Origin: Paraspadella gotoi
Taxonomy: Eukaryota; Animalia; Chaetognatha
NCBI GenBank assembly: GCA_051294375.1
Contig: CM119263.1
Span: 20,829,661-20,893,660 of the forward strand
DNA length: 64,000 nt
Reading direction: 5' to 3'
Part shown: one piece after another, positions 40,940-54,902 of the stretch
Layout of the letters: each line of letters starts with the position of its first letter
Position numbering within the stretch: position 1 is the stretch's first letter
The notes under the pieces: model-generated
Databases searched by the model: none
What the model saw: only the letters and a program-made list of their open reading frames with translations
Told to the model about the DNA's origin: nothing
Program-made: the position numbers and the translations under genes

Positions 40940-43748
40940 GGAGACGGAGGGAGCCGGAGGGAGAGAGAGAGAGAGAGCCTGACTCGTTTTTTTTAAACGA
41001 TTTCAGAAAGGCCGCGCCTGATCAAAATATATGTTTTTTAGAAGAAAAATAATCAGAATTTTCAAAAAACGAAGAATTCACGAAAGAGATGCACAGAAAG
41101 ACAGACAGAGAGAAACTTGAACTCGTTTTTTAAACGATTCAGAAAAAAAAATTATATATAATTTAAAAAAATAAATAAAAGAAAGGCAAAAATGTTCCAA
41201 TGGGTTTACAATTGGAAACTTTTCCAATTTTTTTCAATCGAGCTTGTAAAATATTTTATTTTTAATTTGTACTTAAAAATTTAAGGGCAAAAATATAAGC
41301 CCCTTTTTCCCCTCCCAATTTTTTAAAAAAAAAAATCTTTTGAGTTCCATTTTTTATTAGAATTTGAACAAGTTTTTGAAGAGAGATTTAATTTTTTTTT
41401 AAATTTCATCTTCAATATTATAATAATCTGAATTGTAAATTAGCTTAAACATTTCTATATACTAATTTTGGATATTTAATCAGTAGGTTTTTCTATAATC
41501 TCATTTGCATATGCAGTAAATCATAATGAACGTGGAAATTCAACAAAAATACTTAAAATCAAATGTAATAAGAAAATATCAAAGTATTTCAAGTTGAGAA
41601 AGCCAATATCTATTTTTTTAAACTTCACCTATGATGCAACTTTTGTACTTTAGAATAATTCATAATAATTTTTATTTAAAAAAAACGTAAGTGACAGAAA
41701 ACTATAAGTAGTTAGTTTTTAGTTTAAAACAGCGTGACGGCAGACGACGACGACGACGACGACGACGACGCCGACGCCGACGACGACGAACTACGGTCAC
41801 AAGAATCTCACCGGCGATCAATTCAAAGAAACTGTCCGGCTTCGCCGTCATGGCTTGATAACAAGACTAATTATTAATGTAATGTATACAAGAAATCAGG
41901 TTTTAATAATTTGAACATAAAGAAATAACGACTTGGTTGTCGCGCTACGGGGAAATTCAGAAAAAAAAGAATAAAAAAATCTTAAGCAATTAGGATCGAG
42001 CCTACTTTTGATGATAACCAAAATTGATGCGATGATAACAATATTGATGGATGATAACAAATATTGATGCGATGATAACGAAGGATTGATGCGATGATAA
42101 CCAAATGATGGATACGATTGATAGTCTTCTTGATGCGATGAAATATTCATTGATGCGATGATACGTCCTTCAATTGGATCGGATGTAATCATTCATTGAT
42201 GCGATAATAGGTCATTCATTGATGCGATATAGTCATTCATTGATGCGATGCCTAGTCATTCATTGACGTGGTGAGTTAATTAGAGAGAGAGGAGAGCGAG
42301 AGCGACAGAGAGTTGATGAGAGAGAAATATAGAGAGAATAATAAAAATAATAATAAATGTTTTTAGAAGAAAAACATACAAAATCCACGAAAAATCTCAG
42401 AAATAAATTTGGGATTTTGTATTAAGAAAATGTTTATTAGAGGTGTGATTAAGCATCAATTAACTTTCTATTTTTTTTTTCAATTGAAATAAGACTGAAG
42501 TCTTTGTTCATCTAGTTCAAAATGAGGTTGAAAACCTATTTTTTTGCATAATTATTGAAATTAATGAGATGATATTGCAATTGTATGCAATGAAAACTCG
42601 TCGGGCTTTAAGGACTAAACTAATTTTCAATAATAAAGGTCAAAAATATCAATCTCTATTAAAAATATATAGTGACAATAATCAGTTAACGACTATGATA
42701 TTTTGACTTAAAAATTTTTTTTTACTTATTCACTAAAATTTCATTTCCTCATCTTAAAAATTTTTTCTTGAATGAAATTTTTAGATTGTTATAAATTTTA
42801 TATTATATATTAATTATATTATATATCTTAATTATATATTAATATATTAATTAATAGTTTAGTTTTACTTGTTTTGCTTCTAGTTACTTAACTGATACAC
42901 TGTTTTTGATTTTGTCAATACTGTTTTTGGTTAATATAAAAAAAAAAAAAAAATTATTTATGCTAAAAAAAAAAAAAATATATATATATATAAAAAATAT
43001 ATATATATATAATTTAAATTTAAACGTTCTTGACGTTGTATTTATGTTTCATATGAATTAGTTCATAATATTGTTATTCATGAGTCCATTTAAACGTTAG
43101 TGTCTTTTGTATTTTTTGAATTTAATAAATTAGTTTTTACTTTTGAATTAAAATAATAATGTTGCTTCGCTTTTATAATTGAGTTTTTTGGTTAAAAAAG
43201 TGAATTTAGACGTTCTTGAACGCTTATATTTGACAGTTTCATTATAATTAGTTTCATAACATTTTATTTATTTTGAGTCCATTTTAAACGTTAGTGTCTG
43301 GTTAGTGTTTGTCTTCTGTTGAATTTTAATGTTAGTTTTTACTTGCTTACTGTTTTCTAGTTTTATCACTGTACTGTTTTTTGATTTGTTCATACTGTTT
43401 TTGGGTATTATAAAAAAAAAAAAAAAAAAATATTATTATGTCAATACTGTTTTTTGTATTAATAAAAAAAAAAAAAATATTATTTATATTAATCCGCCCA
43501 ATTGCCGGATATATAGCAGGTATCGCTTACCTGTCACAGAAGTCGATGTACATGTGGCATTGCCTGCATTATAAGTTATTCTTCCCTTTTTCTAAAATGA
43601 ATCCACGAAAATCTCGGATGTAAATTTGGGATTTTGTATTGAGAAAAAAAATAAATGGCGATAATAAAAGTTTTTAGAAGGAAAGAAATAATAAGAATTT
43701 TTCAAAAATCGGTGGTGAAAAAAGTGAATAATTTTTTTTTTGTAAAAT

Positions 43749-43779
<31 letters not shown>

Positions 43780-44005
43780 CGGAGGGAGAGAGAGAGAGAG
43801 AGCCTGAACTCGTTTTTAAACGATTCAGAAAAGGCAGCGCCTGATCAAATATATATTTTTTTTAGAAAGAAAAAAATAATCAGAATTTTTCAAAAAATGA
43901 ACGATCACGCAAGAGATCGTACAGAAAGAGTCAGACGCACACAAAGAGAACAGAGAGAGACTGATTTCGTTTTTAAACGATTCAGAAAAGGCAGCGCCTG
44001 AAAAA

Positions 44006-44445
44006 CCACAGGATCCCCCCACCAGACTTCTCCACAGGGGCCTCAATCCTGAGGAGATGTCTGAGAGAAGGTTTTGATCTCATTGCCATAGTGAGAGCGA
44101 GCGGGCGAGCGAGCGAGCGAGTCTGGAGCGTTACCAGAGAAGTAGGGCATAGGCGTGATATGCATACCCTAAGCGACGTAAGCGTGGGCGCACGGTGCGC
44201 AGCGGTTGCGTGTTCGAGAGTAGGGCTCACCACTTATGGACGACACAAGTTTCAGATCAAGAATGATTTATTCTTCAACAAGGTTATAAACAATAACAGT
44301 CAAAATGCTCAGATGCTAAGTCTATTACAATGGTATTTACAAAGGTCAACGATTTGACCACATATAACTGGGGGAACCGAGCGGGGTCAGGTTGTTAAGG
44401 TCAAGTGGTTTGACCGAGGTTGCGTGTTCTATATGTTCGTCCACA
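44006..44445 (-). mobile_element. Second miniature LTR element type (family E): 5' LTR, PBS, short internal region, PPT; 3' LTR truncated
   Basis: LTR TGTGGACGA...AATAAA...TCGTCCATA (44445-44235), PBS TGGTGAGCCCTAC, GGTGGGGGGA followed by TGTGG. Duplicate at 49978-50413. Confidence 0.7.
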
Positions 44446-44905
44446 AGTTCCCATTTTTATTATAGATTTAAAAAAAAAATTGAATTTCATCTTCCATATT
44501 AAATACTGCAATATGTAAATTAGATTAAAGCATTTCTATATACTAATTTGGATATTATAATGAGTACTATAATCTCATTTGCATATTTCAGTAAATTATA
44601 ATGAAGTGGAAATTCAAACAAAAAAATTCAAACAACAAATGTAATAAAAAAATATCAAAGCTTTTTCAAGATAAGAAGCCATATCTAAATTTTTAACTTA
44701 CTATGATGGCACACTTTTATAATACTTCATTGTAATTCATATAATTTTTATTTAAAAAAAACGGTAAGTCCCAGCCAAAACTATAAAAGCGCAGTAGTTT
44801 TTATATAAAAACAGCGTGACGCCGACGACGACGACGACGACGCCGACGACGACGAAGACGACGACGACTACGTCACAAAGAAGCAATCCTAAAACAATTA
44901 ATAGA

Positions 44906-44930
44906 NNNNNNNNNNNNNNNNNNNNNNNNN
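44906..44930. other. Assembly gap (25 N)
   Basis: Run of N. Confidence 1.
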
Positions 44931-47374
44931 AAATATATTATAATTAAAAAATAAATAAAAAAAGCAACAAAATGGTTTATTAGATTTCCCTTCAGCGCAA
45001 AGGCTCTCGAAGCACCTCTCTTGGCAAGAGAGTTCCCTAATAGGGAAAGATACATACTTTAAACAAAATTGAAACCAATAAATACTAAATTATAAGCTTG
45101 CATATGTATCAGAGCAGAAATTGTGTTTTTACAATGGCTTTTTGAAATAGATTTCAGTTGGTGAACTTTATATATCAAACAATATCGCAGTTCTTGAGCC
45201 CTGTTTACTGCAAAATATTATTACCTGAGCTTTAATTTTGTATCATAACTAATCAAATATGAAAAAGATATTTTTATGAATAATTGCTAGCTAATATTGA
45301 CTTTTGATTAGAACCATAATAGTCCAAGCTTACTCCACTTTTGATGATCCGCATTTTCTGTTTTATGTGCATGTAAAGAGCCAGAAAAAGCACTCGTCCA
45401 TTAAGTTCTTCAACACAATAAAGTTTCGGGATAAGTACTGATTCATTTAGCGCTTCTATCAGTTAAAGTTTATCGAAGTTTTTGTTAACCAGCAAAATTT
45501 ATAGTATCGAGATTAAGAGCAAAAAAAGCATCAAGAGATAAGGAAGTGAAGAGAGAGTGAGTGGAGTGTGCGAGGTGAGAGAAGAAACTCCATGCAGATA
45601 GTCCGACTTGATATTCAAGAATATTGCTCTACATCCGTACCACGTTGCCTACATCGGTGCTTAACTCTGATCACAAATCTACCCGAGTGAGAGTGAGGGT
45701 GCTGCTTAGTACTGATTGGGTGAGCGTCGGTGGGGTGGGTGTGAGTGTGCGTGCCGTGTGGATGAGCGCGCGAGTGTGAGCGAGGAGCTCCGAAGTTGAG
45801 CGAGAGGTTGGCCGCGAGTGAGTGTGTAATGGGTACCCAGGGATATTGACAAATATATATGATTGAAAAATGCATATTTTTCTCAATTATCATTTAAATG
45901 GAGCTTCAGAATGAATCTTTTCAAAGGGAACTGCTGAATATAAAAGCAATTTTCTTTTGTTCCAACATAGAAATAATCATCTTGAGAGCCAAAACCTTAA
46001 GACCAAAATTTTGTTATAAATAAATATGTGGGGGGGGGGGTGGGGATGACCGGTGAGCGGTGGTGAGAGAGTGTGTGGTGTTCGAGGGCAGGGAGGCTGG
46101 AAGCGGTGGAGAGGGTGCGCCGGTGTGAGAGTACAGGAGCGTGGTGGTAAGCAGGGGATGAAGGAGGCTAGGTCGAAGTGATGTGAGAGCTGGTGCCGAG
46201 AGTGTGGTGTGGCGGTAGTGTTTGGTGGTGGTGGTGTGGTGTGGTTTATTAATTTTTAAGTTGCCCACTTTAATCAAGCAAGTGGGGTTTTGGCTGATAC
46301 TAAAGATTACAGACACTTGAGTCCTTTGAAATTTATAATAACTATTAAAAAATGAATCTGAAGATATTTTATGAACACTTGGTAACTATATATTGTTATC
46401 TTTTGTTATGAAAAAATTAGGCCCATAAATACGACTTGCTTCTGATAAATCAGCATCTGTTTTCTATGCAAAAGCAGAGTTAGAAAAGCTCGTCTTCAAG
46501 TTCTGGCAGGAGACAGAAAGTGGGTGGTGTGTTCATTTTCAACTATTCAAGTAGAGGTTATTGAAGTTTTTTTATCTCAGCTAATTGATATATCAAAGAT
46601 TTAGCAACAAAAGATAAAAGTCATCAACGACAATAAGGTATCCTAAGAAGTTTTATTTGCTTTGAAAGAAACTCATGCAGATAAGCCGACTTTGAATCCA
46701 TGATATGTTGCTTACGTCCAATACCCACGTTTCATACACTGGTTCTGAAATAAAAGCAATTTTCTTTTCAACATAAGAATATTCATCTTTGACACCAAAC
46801 TTTAACCAAGATTTGTAATAAAAATATTTCATGACCATCATTTATAGATTTCTCAGACAAGCTCAAGCAGCTCTCTTAAGAAGGAGTTCCATGAAGGGAA
46901 GATACATACTGCTAACAAATGAACTACTCAATTATAAGCTTCATTTTCACGTGTATATTTTTTCTTGCCATACGTTGCTTGGAAATTTTTTGAGTTAGCC
47001 ACTTAATGCAAGCAAGTGGAGTTTTAGCCATTTATACTAATAGAATAAGACCACTTGAGTGAACAGTATTTATAATAATATTAAAAGAATGAGTGAAGAT
47101 ATTTATATGAATAATGTAACTAATATTTTTAGCTTTTGATTATGTGAAAAATTAGTCCAATATTACGCCGCTCTCATAATCATCTCTCTCTTTTGCCTGA
47201 ACCGGCTTCGCCGGTCATGGCTCGATAAAAATCCTTGTGGATGATTTGGTGTCCGACCAGAAAAAAATATGATCTTAATGGTATTTTCATTTTTTCAATA
47301 TTACTTGAAATAAAAATATGAATAATATTATCATAATATTTTCATAACATTGTCACTCACTTCTTGTTATCACT

Positions 47375-48010
47375 ATGGCTTATCTTAATAATATACAAAA
47401 ATGCAACAAAAGTAGGTGCGGCACTTCTCCCTTTATTCAAGAATGTAATTTTTTTCAATCTACCCAAACAAATATAACATATTTTCCAATATTAAATGGC
47501 TCAAATACTTTAAATTGTAATAAAGAAAATATAATATATTTAATATCATGTCATATCTGTTCAATGCAATATATAGGAGAAACAAAGAATAGTCTAAGAA
47601 TAAGGTTTAATGGTCATAAACATTCTATAAGGTCAGGAAAAAGTTCTCAAATTATCCATCAACATTTTAACAATGAAAATCATGGTCTAGAAAACTTAAG
47701 AATTTTACCAATAGAAAAAATTAGACCAATGAATAATAAAATAAATCAAAATAAATTAAAACTAGAAAGAAAAGCACATTGGGAAAAAAAATTTAAATCT
47801 CTTTACCCTTTGGATTAAATGTAAGATTAAAAGGTATGGGAGATTTTGTACCATTTCAACAAAACTATCAAATATATGGAAACACAAGGAGAAAAAAACG
47901 ATCACACGGAAAAAGAAAACCAAAAAATAAAAGACCAGGGCGTATTTTTACTTTAACTTATTTAAAAAAAATATATAATAATATAAAAAATAAAGAATAT
48001 CACATGCATT
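47375..48010 (+). pseudogene. 5' fragment of a Naiad/Chlamys-type Penelope-like ORF with N-terminal GIY-YIG endonuclease
   Basis: KCNKSRC...CNKENIIYLISCHICSMQYIGETKNSLRIRFNGH...HF...PIE...LYP(LGLN), then basic RRKKRSHGKRK. Frameshift near 47810, truncated by the insertion at 48015. Confidence 0.8.
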
Positions 48011-48014
48011 ATAT

Positions 48015-48326
48015 AGTGGAGGTGGTCGAGATAAAAATGGCGAACAAAATGAGATGAATCGATTTATTGAAATCAGAAAAACGAATGGAATCGAATTGGC
48101 TCATTGTACAAAGTGGCATTCATTTTTATACGGCGAGAGAGAGAAAATTTGGTTTACATTTGTAAAGTAAACAATTCTAAAAATACTTCCAAATAAGGTA
48201 ACGTTTTGCGACCGGCGTTTGAACAGAGGGAGCAAAATATTTCTTAGCGGGCATTGGAATTTTTAAAGAATTCGGCCGGCGATTTTATTTACTTTCTTAC
48301 TAATAATAATAATCAGGATCTCCACT
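48015..48326. mobile_element. Solo LTR (AGT...ACT termini) or small TIR element
   Basis: AGTGGAG...CTCCACT with ATAT on both sides, AATAAA on the minus strand. Copy at ~51669-51977. Confidence 0.6.
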
Positions 48327-48554
48327 ATATTAAAACCTGAGTTTTAGTTCATTCAAATAGCGATGTCGCCGGCGATTCACACACGAGTCGCAGGTGTGAT
48401 TCTAGTTGGTTGGCGACTCTGCCATGGCGATGTCGCCAGGGCCCTGGCGATGTCGCCAGTGATAAAAGTAGCGAATATAATGAAAGGCGAGAGTTAGAGG
48501 AGAGGCTCACGACTGATGTTGAGACACGGAGATGAACGCATCACCCACGGACTC

Positions 48555-49025
48555 CTCCCCCAACCCTAACCCTAAACCAGGCCTCCTGTTCTACTCCATG
48601 CCTCTCCCCAAACCCTAACCCGGGCAACCCTAACCTAAATGACTTTGACACGTCAACCACGGGCCCCTCCCCCAACCCTAACCCTAAACCGGGCCTCCTG
48701 TTCAACTCTGTGCCTCTCTCCCAACCCTAACCCTAAACCGGGCCCAGGCCCCCCCTACATCTCCGTGTCTCAACCCTAATGTCCCTCGCCAGTACCTTCA
48801 CTAATCCTAACCCTAACGCGGGCCTCCTGTTCATCAACAACACCCTCCCTGCCCCTAACCTTAAAATTGACATTAATATTAAACCTAAAATGAATTTAAC
48901 TCGACCCTAACCCTAAACTACTCAACCCTAACCCTAAACTATTCAACCCTAACCCTAACTACTACCAACTCAACCTTAACCCAAACCCTAAACCAACTCA
49001 ACCCTAACCCTAACCCTAACCCTAA
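48555..49025. repeat. Interstitial degenerate (CCCTAA)n telomere-like tract with GC-rich spacers
   Basis: Repeated AACCCTAACCCTAA units. Duplicated at ~52205-52655. Confidence 0.85.
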
Positions 49026-49616
49026 TCTGAGTTTAGTTTAGGCGAAATCGCCATAACTAGAACGCTAGATGTAGTTCAGTGCGAAATCGCTAAATCGCGA
49101 CTAAGCCTTGACGCCATGATTTTTCAACATTATATCCATCCTTCCTCATTACGAAATCAAGAGTAAGCTACAAATTTCATTCTGAACAATTTTTTCTAGG
49201 GAAAATAAAACATATTAAACGAGAATCTTGCTTAAAAAAAAATTCAACATTTTTCTAATAGAGATTTCCGTTAAAATCTGACTACCCAAATTGCAAACGC
49301 GATTGCCAGAAATTCGGGTAAAAAACAGTTGTAAAAACGCACGAATTTTCAAACCTCGTTTTTACTATAGAAATGAACGGGAAATTTTGCTTTTCAAAAA
49401 TTTCAATTGGGGTTATGGTATGTTAACATTATAAATATAACTATATAATTATGAGATTTGGAAAGCCTCTTGTCTCAAGAGCTTGTCAAATTTTTCTTTT
49501 TATTATTGACCGAACTCTTCATAACCAACGTGGAAAATTCAATTGCTCTGGTTTCACAACATGAAATTTTTATTTATTTTAATTTAAATTGCGACGATCC
49601 TTTTGCTCAATTTTCT

Positions 49617-49671
<55 letters not shown>

Positions 49672-51043
49672 AATTGCGACGATCCTTATGCTTTTAGGAT
49701 TTTTTTTAACTTGCATCATTTTTCTGCTTGCATCATTTTTTCAACTTGCATAATTTTTTTAAATTGCATCATTTTTTCACATTAATTAAAAAACATTTGT
49801 TAGTAATCATAAATTATTAATCATAAATAATAAAGATTCAAGTAAATGTGACTTATGTTTTTTCCATTCAAACTCATTTCCACTGGCACAATTCCGTTAA
49901 AACTTTATATCTAGCTTCTTCACACACTTTCCTATCTGCTCACAAAATTTCATCTCAATCTATTAAGGGTTAAAATACCACAGGATCCCCCCACCAGACT
50001 TCTCCACAGGGGCCTCATCCTGAGGAGATGTCTGAGAGAAGGTTTTGATCTCATTGCCATAGTGAGAGCGAGCGGGCGAGCGAGCGAGCGAGTCTGGAGC
50101 GTTACCAGAGAAGTAGGGCATAGGCGTGATATGCATACCCTAAGCGACGTAAGCGTGGGCGCACGGTGCGCAGCGGTTGCGTGTTCGAGAGTAGGGCTCA
50201 CCACTTATGGACGACACAAGTTTCAGATCAAGAATGATTTATTCTTCAACAGGTTATAAACAATAACAGTCAAAATGTCAGATGCTAAGTCTATTACAAT
50301 GGTATTTACAAAGGTCAACGATTTGACCACATATAACTGGGGGAACCGAGCGGGGTCAGGTTGTTAAGGTCAAGTGGTTTGACCGAGGTTGCGTGTTCTA
50401 TATGTTCGTCACAAGTTCCCATTTTTTATTATAGATTTAAAAAAAATAATTGAATTTCATCTTCCATATTAAATACTGATATGTAAATTAGATTAAAGCA
50501 TTTCTATATACTAATTTGATATTATAATGAGTACTTATAACTCATTTGCATATTTCAGTAAATTATAATGAAGTGGAAATTCAAACAAAAAATTCAAACA
50601 ACAAATGTAATAAAAAAATATCAAAGCTTTTTCAGATAAGAAGCCATATCTAAATTTTTAACTTGACATGATGGCACACTTTTATAATACTTCATTGTAA
50701 TTCATATAATTTTTATTTAAAAAAAACGGTAAGTCAGCAAAACTATAAAAGCGCAGTAGTTTTATATAAAAACAGCGTGACGCGACGACGACGACGACGA
50801 CGCGCGACGACGACGAGACGACGACGACTACGTCCACAAAGAAGCAATCCTAAAACAATTAATAGAGCCTGAACGGCTTCGCCGGTCATGGCTCGATAAA
50901 AATCCTTGTGGATGATTTGGTGTCCGACCAGAAAAAAATATGATCTAATGGTATTTTCATTTTTTTCAATTTACTTGAAATAAAAATATGAATAATATAT
51001 CATAATATTTTCATAACATTGTCACTCACTTCTTGTTATCACT

Positions 51044-51665
51044 ATGGCTTATCTTATAATATACAAAAATGCAACAAAAGTAGGTGCGGCACTTCTCCCT
51101 TTATTCAGAATGTAATTTTTTTCAATCTACCCAAACAAATATAACATATGTTTCCAATATTAAATGGCTCAAATACTTTAAATTTAATAAAGAAAATATA
51201 ATATATTTAATATCATGTCATATCTGTTCAATGCAATATATAGGAGAAACAAAGAATAGTCTAAGAATAAGTTTAATGGTCATAACATCTATAAGGTCAG
51301 GAAAAAGTTCTCAAATTATCCATCAACATTTTAACAATGAAAATCATGGTCTGAAAACTTAAGAATTTTACCAATAGAAAAATTAGACATGAATAATAAT
51401 ATAAATCAAAATAAATTAAAACTAGAAAGAAAGCACATTGGAAAAAAAATTTAAATCTCTTTACCCTTGGATTAAATGTAAGATTAAAAGGTATGGGAGA
51501 TTTTGTTACCATTTCAACAAAACTATCAAATATATGGAAAACACAGGAGAAAAACGATCACACGGAAAAGAAAACCAAAAAATAAAAGACCAGGGCGTAT
51601 TTTTACTTTAACTTATTTAAAAAAAATATATAATATATAAAAAATATAAGAATATCACATGCATT
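51044..51665 (+). pseudogene. Duplicate of the Naiad-type GIY-YIG fragment, heavily frameshifted
   Basis: IIYLISCHICSMQYIGETKNSLR is present in ORF 51084-51362. Confidence 0.75.
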
Positions 51666-52903
51666 ATTAGTGGAGGTGGTCGAGATAAAAAATGGCGAAC
51701 AAAATGAGATGAATCGATTTATTGAAATCAGAAAACGAATGGAATCGAATTGGCTCATTGTACAAATGGCATTCATTTTTATACGGCGAGAGAGAGAAAA
51801 ATTTGGTTTACAATTTGTAAAGTAAACAATTCTAAAAATACTTCCAAATAAGGTAACGTTTTGGACGGCGTTTAAACAGAGGGAGCAAAATATTTTTAGC
51901 GGGCATTGGATTTTTAAAGAATTCGGCCGGCGATTTTATTTACTTTCTTACTAATAATACATAATCAGGATTCCACTATATTAAAACCTGAGTTTTAGTT
52001 CATTCAAATAGCGATGTCGCCGGCGATTCACACACGAGTCGAGGTGTGATTCTAGTTGGTTGGCGACTCTGCCATGGCGATGTCGCCAGGGCCTGGCGAT
52101 GTCGCAGTGAATAAAAGTAGCGAATATATGAAAGGCGAGAGTTAGAGGAGAGGCTCACGACTGATGTTGAGACACGGAGATAACGCATCACCCACGGACT
52201 CCTCCCCCAACCCTAACCCTAAACCAGGCCTCCTGTTACTCCATGCCTCTCCCCAAACCCTAACCCGGGCAACCCTAACCTAAATGACTTTGACACGTCA
52301 ACCACGGGCCCCTCCCCAACCCTAACCCTAAACCGGGCTCCTGTCAACTCTGTGCCTCTCTCCCAACCCTAACCTAAACCGGCCAGGCCCCCCCTACATC
52401 TCCGTGTCTCAACCCTAATGTCCTCGCCAGTACCTTCACTAACCTAACCTAACGCGGGCCTCCTGTTCATCAACAACACCCTCCTGCCCTAACCTTAAAA
52501 TTGACATTATATTAACCTAAAATGATATTAACTCGACCTAACCTAAACTACTCAACCCTAACCCTAAACTATTCAACCCTAACCCTAACTACTACCAACT
52601 CAACCTTAACCCAAACCCTAACCAACTCAACCCTAACCCTAACCCTAACCCTATCTGAGTTTAGTTTAGGCGAAATCGCCATATACTAGAACGCTAGATG
52701 TATTCAGTGCGAAATCGCTAAATCGCGACTAAGCCTTGACGCCATGATTTTTCAACATTATATCCATCCTTCCTCATTACGAAATCAAGAGTAAGCTACA
52801 AATTTCATTCTGACATTTTTTCTAGGAAATAAAACATATTAAACGAGAATCTTGCTTAAAAAAATTCAACATTTTTCTAATAGAGATTCCGTTAAATTGA
52901 TAC

Positions 52904-53137
52904 TGTGGCAGCAAGACTTAAAGCTGCTCACTGTGTCCGTCCTCAGCCTCGTCTCAATGGTGGCAGCTAATCATCTCATCCACCGTGCGTCCGGGCATCC
53001 CGGGATCCCGTTCTGGCTTAAAGTGACGTGCCGTATAACATGCCAGTGACAGGAGGCGGTCACTGAGGTCCGCAGCCCCTAGCCAGTTGGTGAGATTACC
53101 CCGCCCCGGGTATACAGGCTATCCTCCGTTGCCGATA
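52904..53137 (+). mobile_element. Solo LTR family D-like insertion with degenerate twister motif (~53004-53087)
   Basis: Absent from the paralogous site at ~49280 (CTGACTACCC), flanked by (c)TAC/CTAC. Contains CTGGC...TAA-CAT-GC-CAGTGAC...GTCACTG-AGG-TCCGCAGC-CCC-TA-GCCAG. Confidence 0.75.
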
Positions 53138-53472
53138 CTACCCAAATTGCAAACGCGATTGCCAGAAATTCGGGTAAAAAACAGTTGTAAAAACGCACGA
53201 ATTTCAACCTCGTTTTACTATAGAAATTAACGGGAATTTTGCTTTTCAAAAATTTCAATTGGGGTTATGGTATGTTAACATTATAAAATATAACTATATA
53301 ATTATGAGATTTGAAGCCTCTTGTCTCAAGAGCTTGTCAAATTTTTCTTTTTATTATTGACCGAACTCTTCATAACCAACGTGGAAAATTCAATTGCTCT
53401 GGTTTCACAACATGAAATTTTTATTTATTTTAATTTAAATTGCGACGATCCTTTTGCTCAATTTTCTGCTCT

Positions 53473-53540
<68 letters not shown>

Positions 53541-54857
53541 TTGCAATTGCGACGATCCTTATGCTTTTAGGATTTTTTTAACTTGCATCATTTTCTGCTT
53601 GCATCATTTTTTCAAATTGCATAATTTTTTAAATTGCATCATTTTTTCACATAAATTAAAAAAATTTGTTAGTAATCATAAATTATTAATCATAAATAAT
53701 AAAGATTCAAGTAAATGTGACTTATGTTTTTTCCATTCAAACTCATTTCCACTGGCACAATTCCGTTAAAAACTTTATATCTAGCTTCTTCACACACTTT
53801 CCTATCTGCTCACAAAATTTCATCTCAATCTATTAAGGGTTAAAATAAGTAAAAAGATTCAATTAAATGTGACTCATTTTTTTTCATTTAAACTCATTTC
53901 CACTCGTACGTTTCCACCGAAACTTTTTATCAAGCATCGTTCACATTTTTCTACCCACACAAAAAATTTGAACTCAATCTATCCATCCAATTATGATTAA
54001 TTAGAGTACTTATTGGTTAAATAAGTAAAAATATTTTAGTAAATGCGACTTATGTTTTTTCCACTTAAACTCATTTCCACTCTCACGATTCCGTCGAAAC
54101 TTTATATCCAGCTTTATCACACACTTACTACCACACACCAAAATTTCATTCCAATCCAACCAGCCAATCACGAGTTATGAAGCTTTTTGCTAAGTGGGAC
54201 GGATGGACGGATTGATTGACTGATTAATTAATTAATGATTAATTAATTGATTAATTGATTAATTAACTGATTATTTATTTGATTATTAATACATCCTGCA
54301 TATACATTTAATATAAAAGGAAAAAGAATCATAATCAATTAGTGAAACAGGTTTTTTGTTTTTTTCCATTTAAACTCATTTCCACTCAAAAGATTCCATC
54401 GAAACTTGGTTTCTTAAAAATTTTTTACTTATCATTATATCTAATTACTCATTTTGGAATGGAAGTCAGTGTTGTCTTCTGGAATTAGAGGGAGCATCTA
54501 CAGGGATGTTTACTGAAATGAGCCGGAAGACATTCAACTTCTTCACTTTAATTTTCAATAATAAAATAGGGGAATTTTTTAATTATTTAACTTCAACAGG
54601 CTTCAGGAGACATTACACTTTCATAATATCCCAATGTTAATGTAGTTCATTATATTTTTTTAACCTGAAATTATTAAACAAGTTTGAGCAACAAATGTCG
54701 GATCTGCCTACGATAATTAATGAATTAAATAATTAATCGATTAATTAATTAATTAATTAATAATTTTAATATGTATATGGTTAATCTTTCTTTTTCGTTG
54801 TCATAGGTATTAGAGAGAGCAAAGGAATTTGAATTTAACAACGATTTTATTATGTAC

Positions 54858-54902
54858 TTGGACTGTTTCGGCTTGCTTATTTCAATGCCTTCATCAGCAT
54901 AT
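54858..54902 (-). ncRNA. Hammerhead motif (degenerate) in left pLTR
   Basis: Minus strand CTGATGA-AGGCATTG...CAAGCC-GAAAC-AGTC. Confidence 0.6.

Larger units (their letters stand above)
49978..53846 (+). repeat. Local duplication of 44006-44905 plus 47195-49977
   Basis: Collinear near-identity with many 1-nt indels. Differs by the insertion at 52904-53137. Confidence 0.9.

Noticed and set aside
44186-44232. tRNA-Trp gene ending in CCA
   Set aside because: Only the 3' part matches. It is the complement of a PBS adjacent to an LTR.
48555-49025. True telomere
   Set aside because: Degenerate, interrupted and internal to the window.
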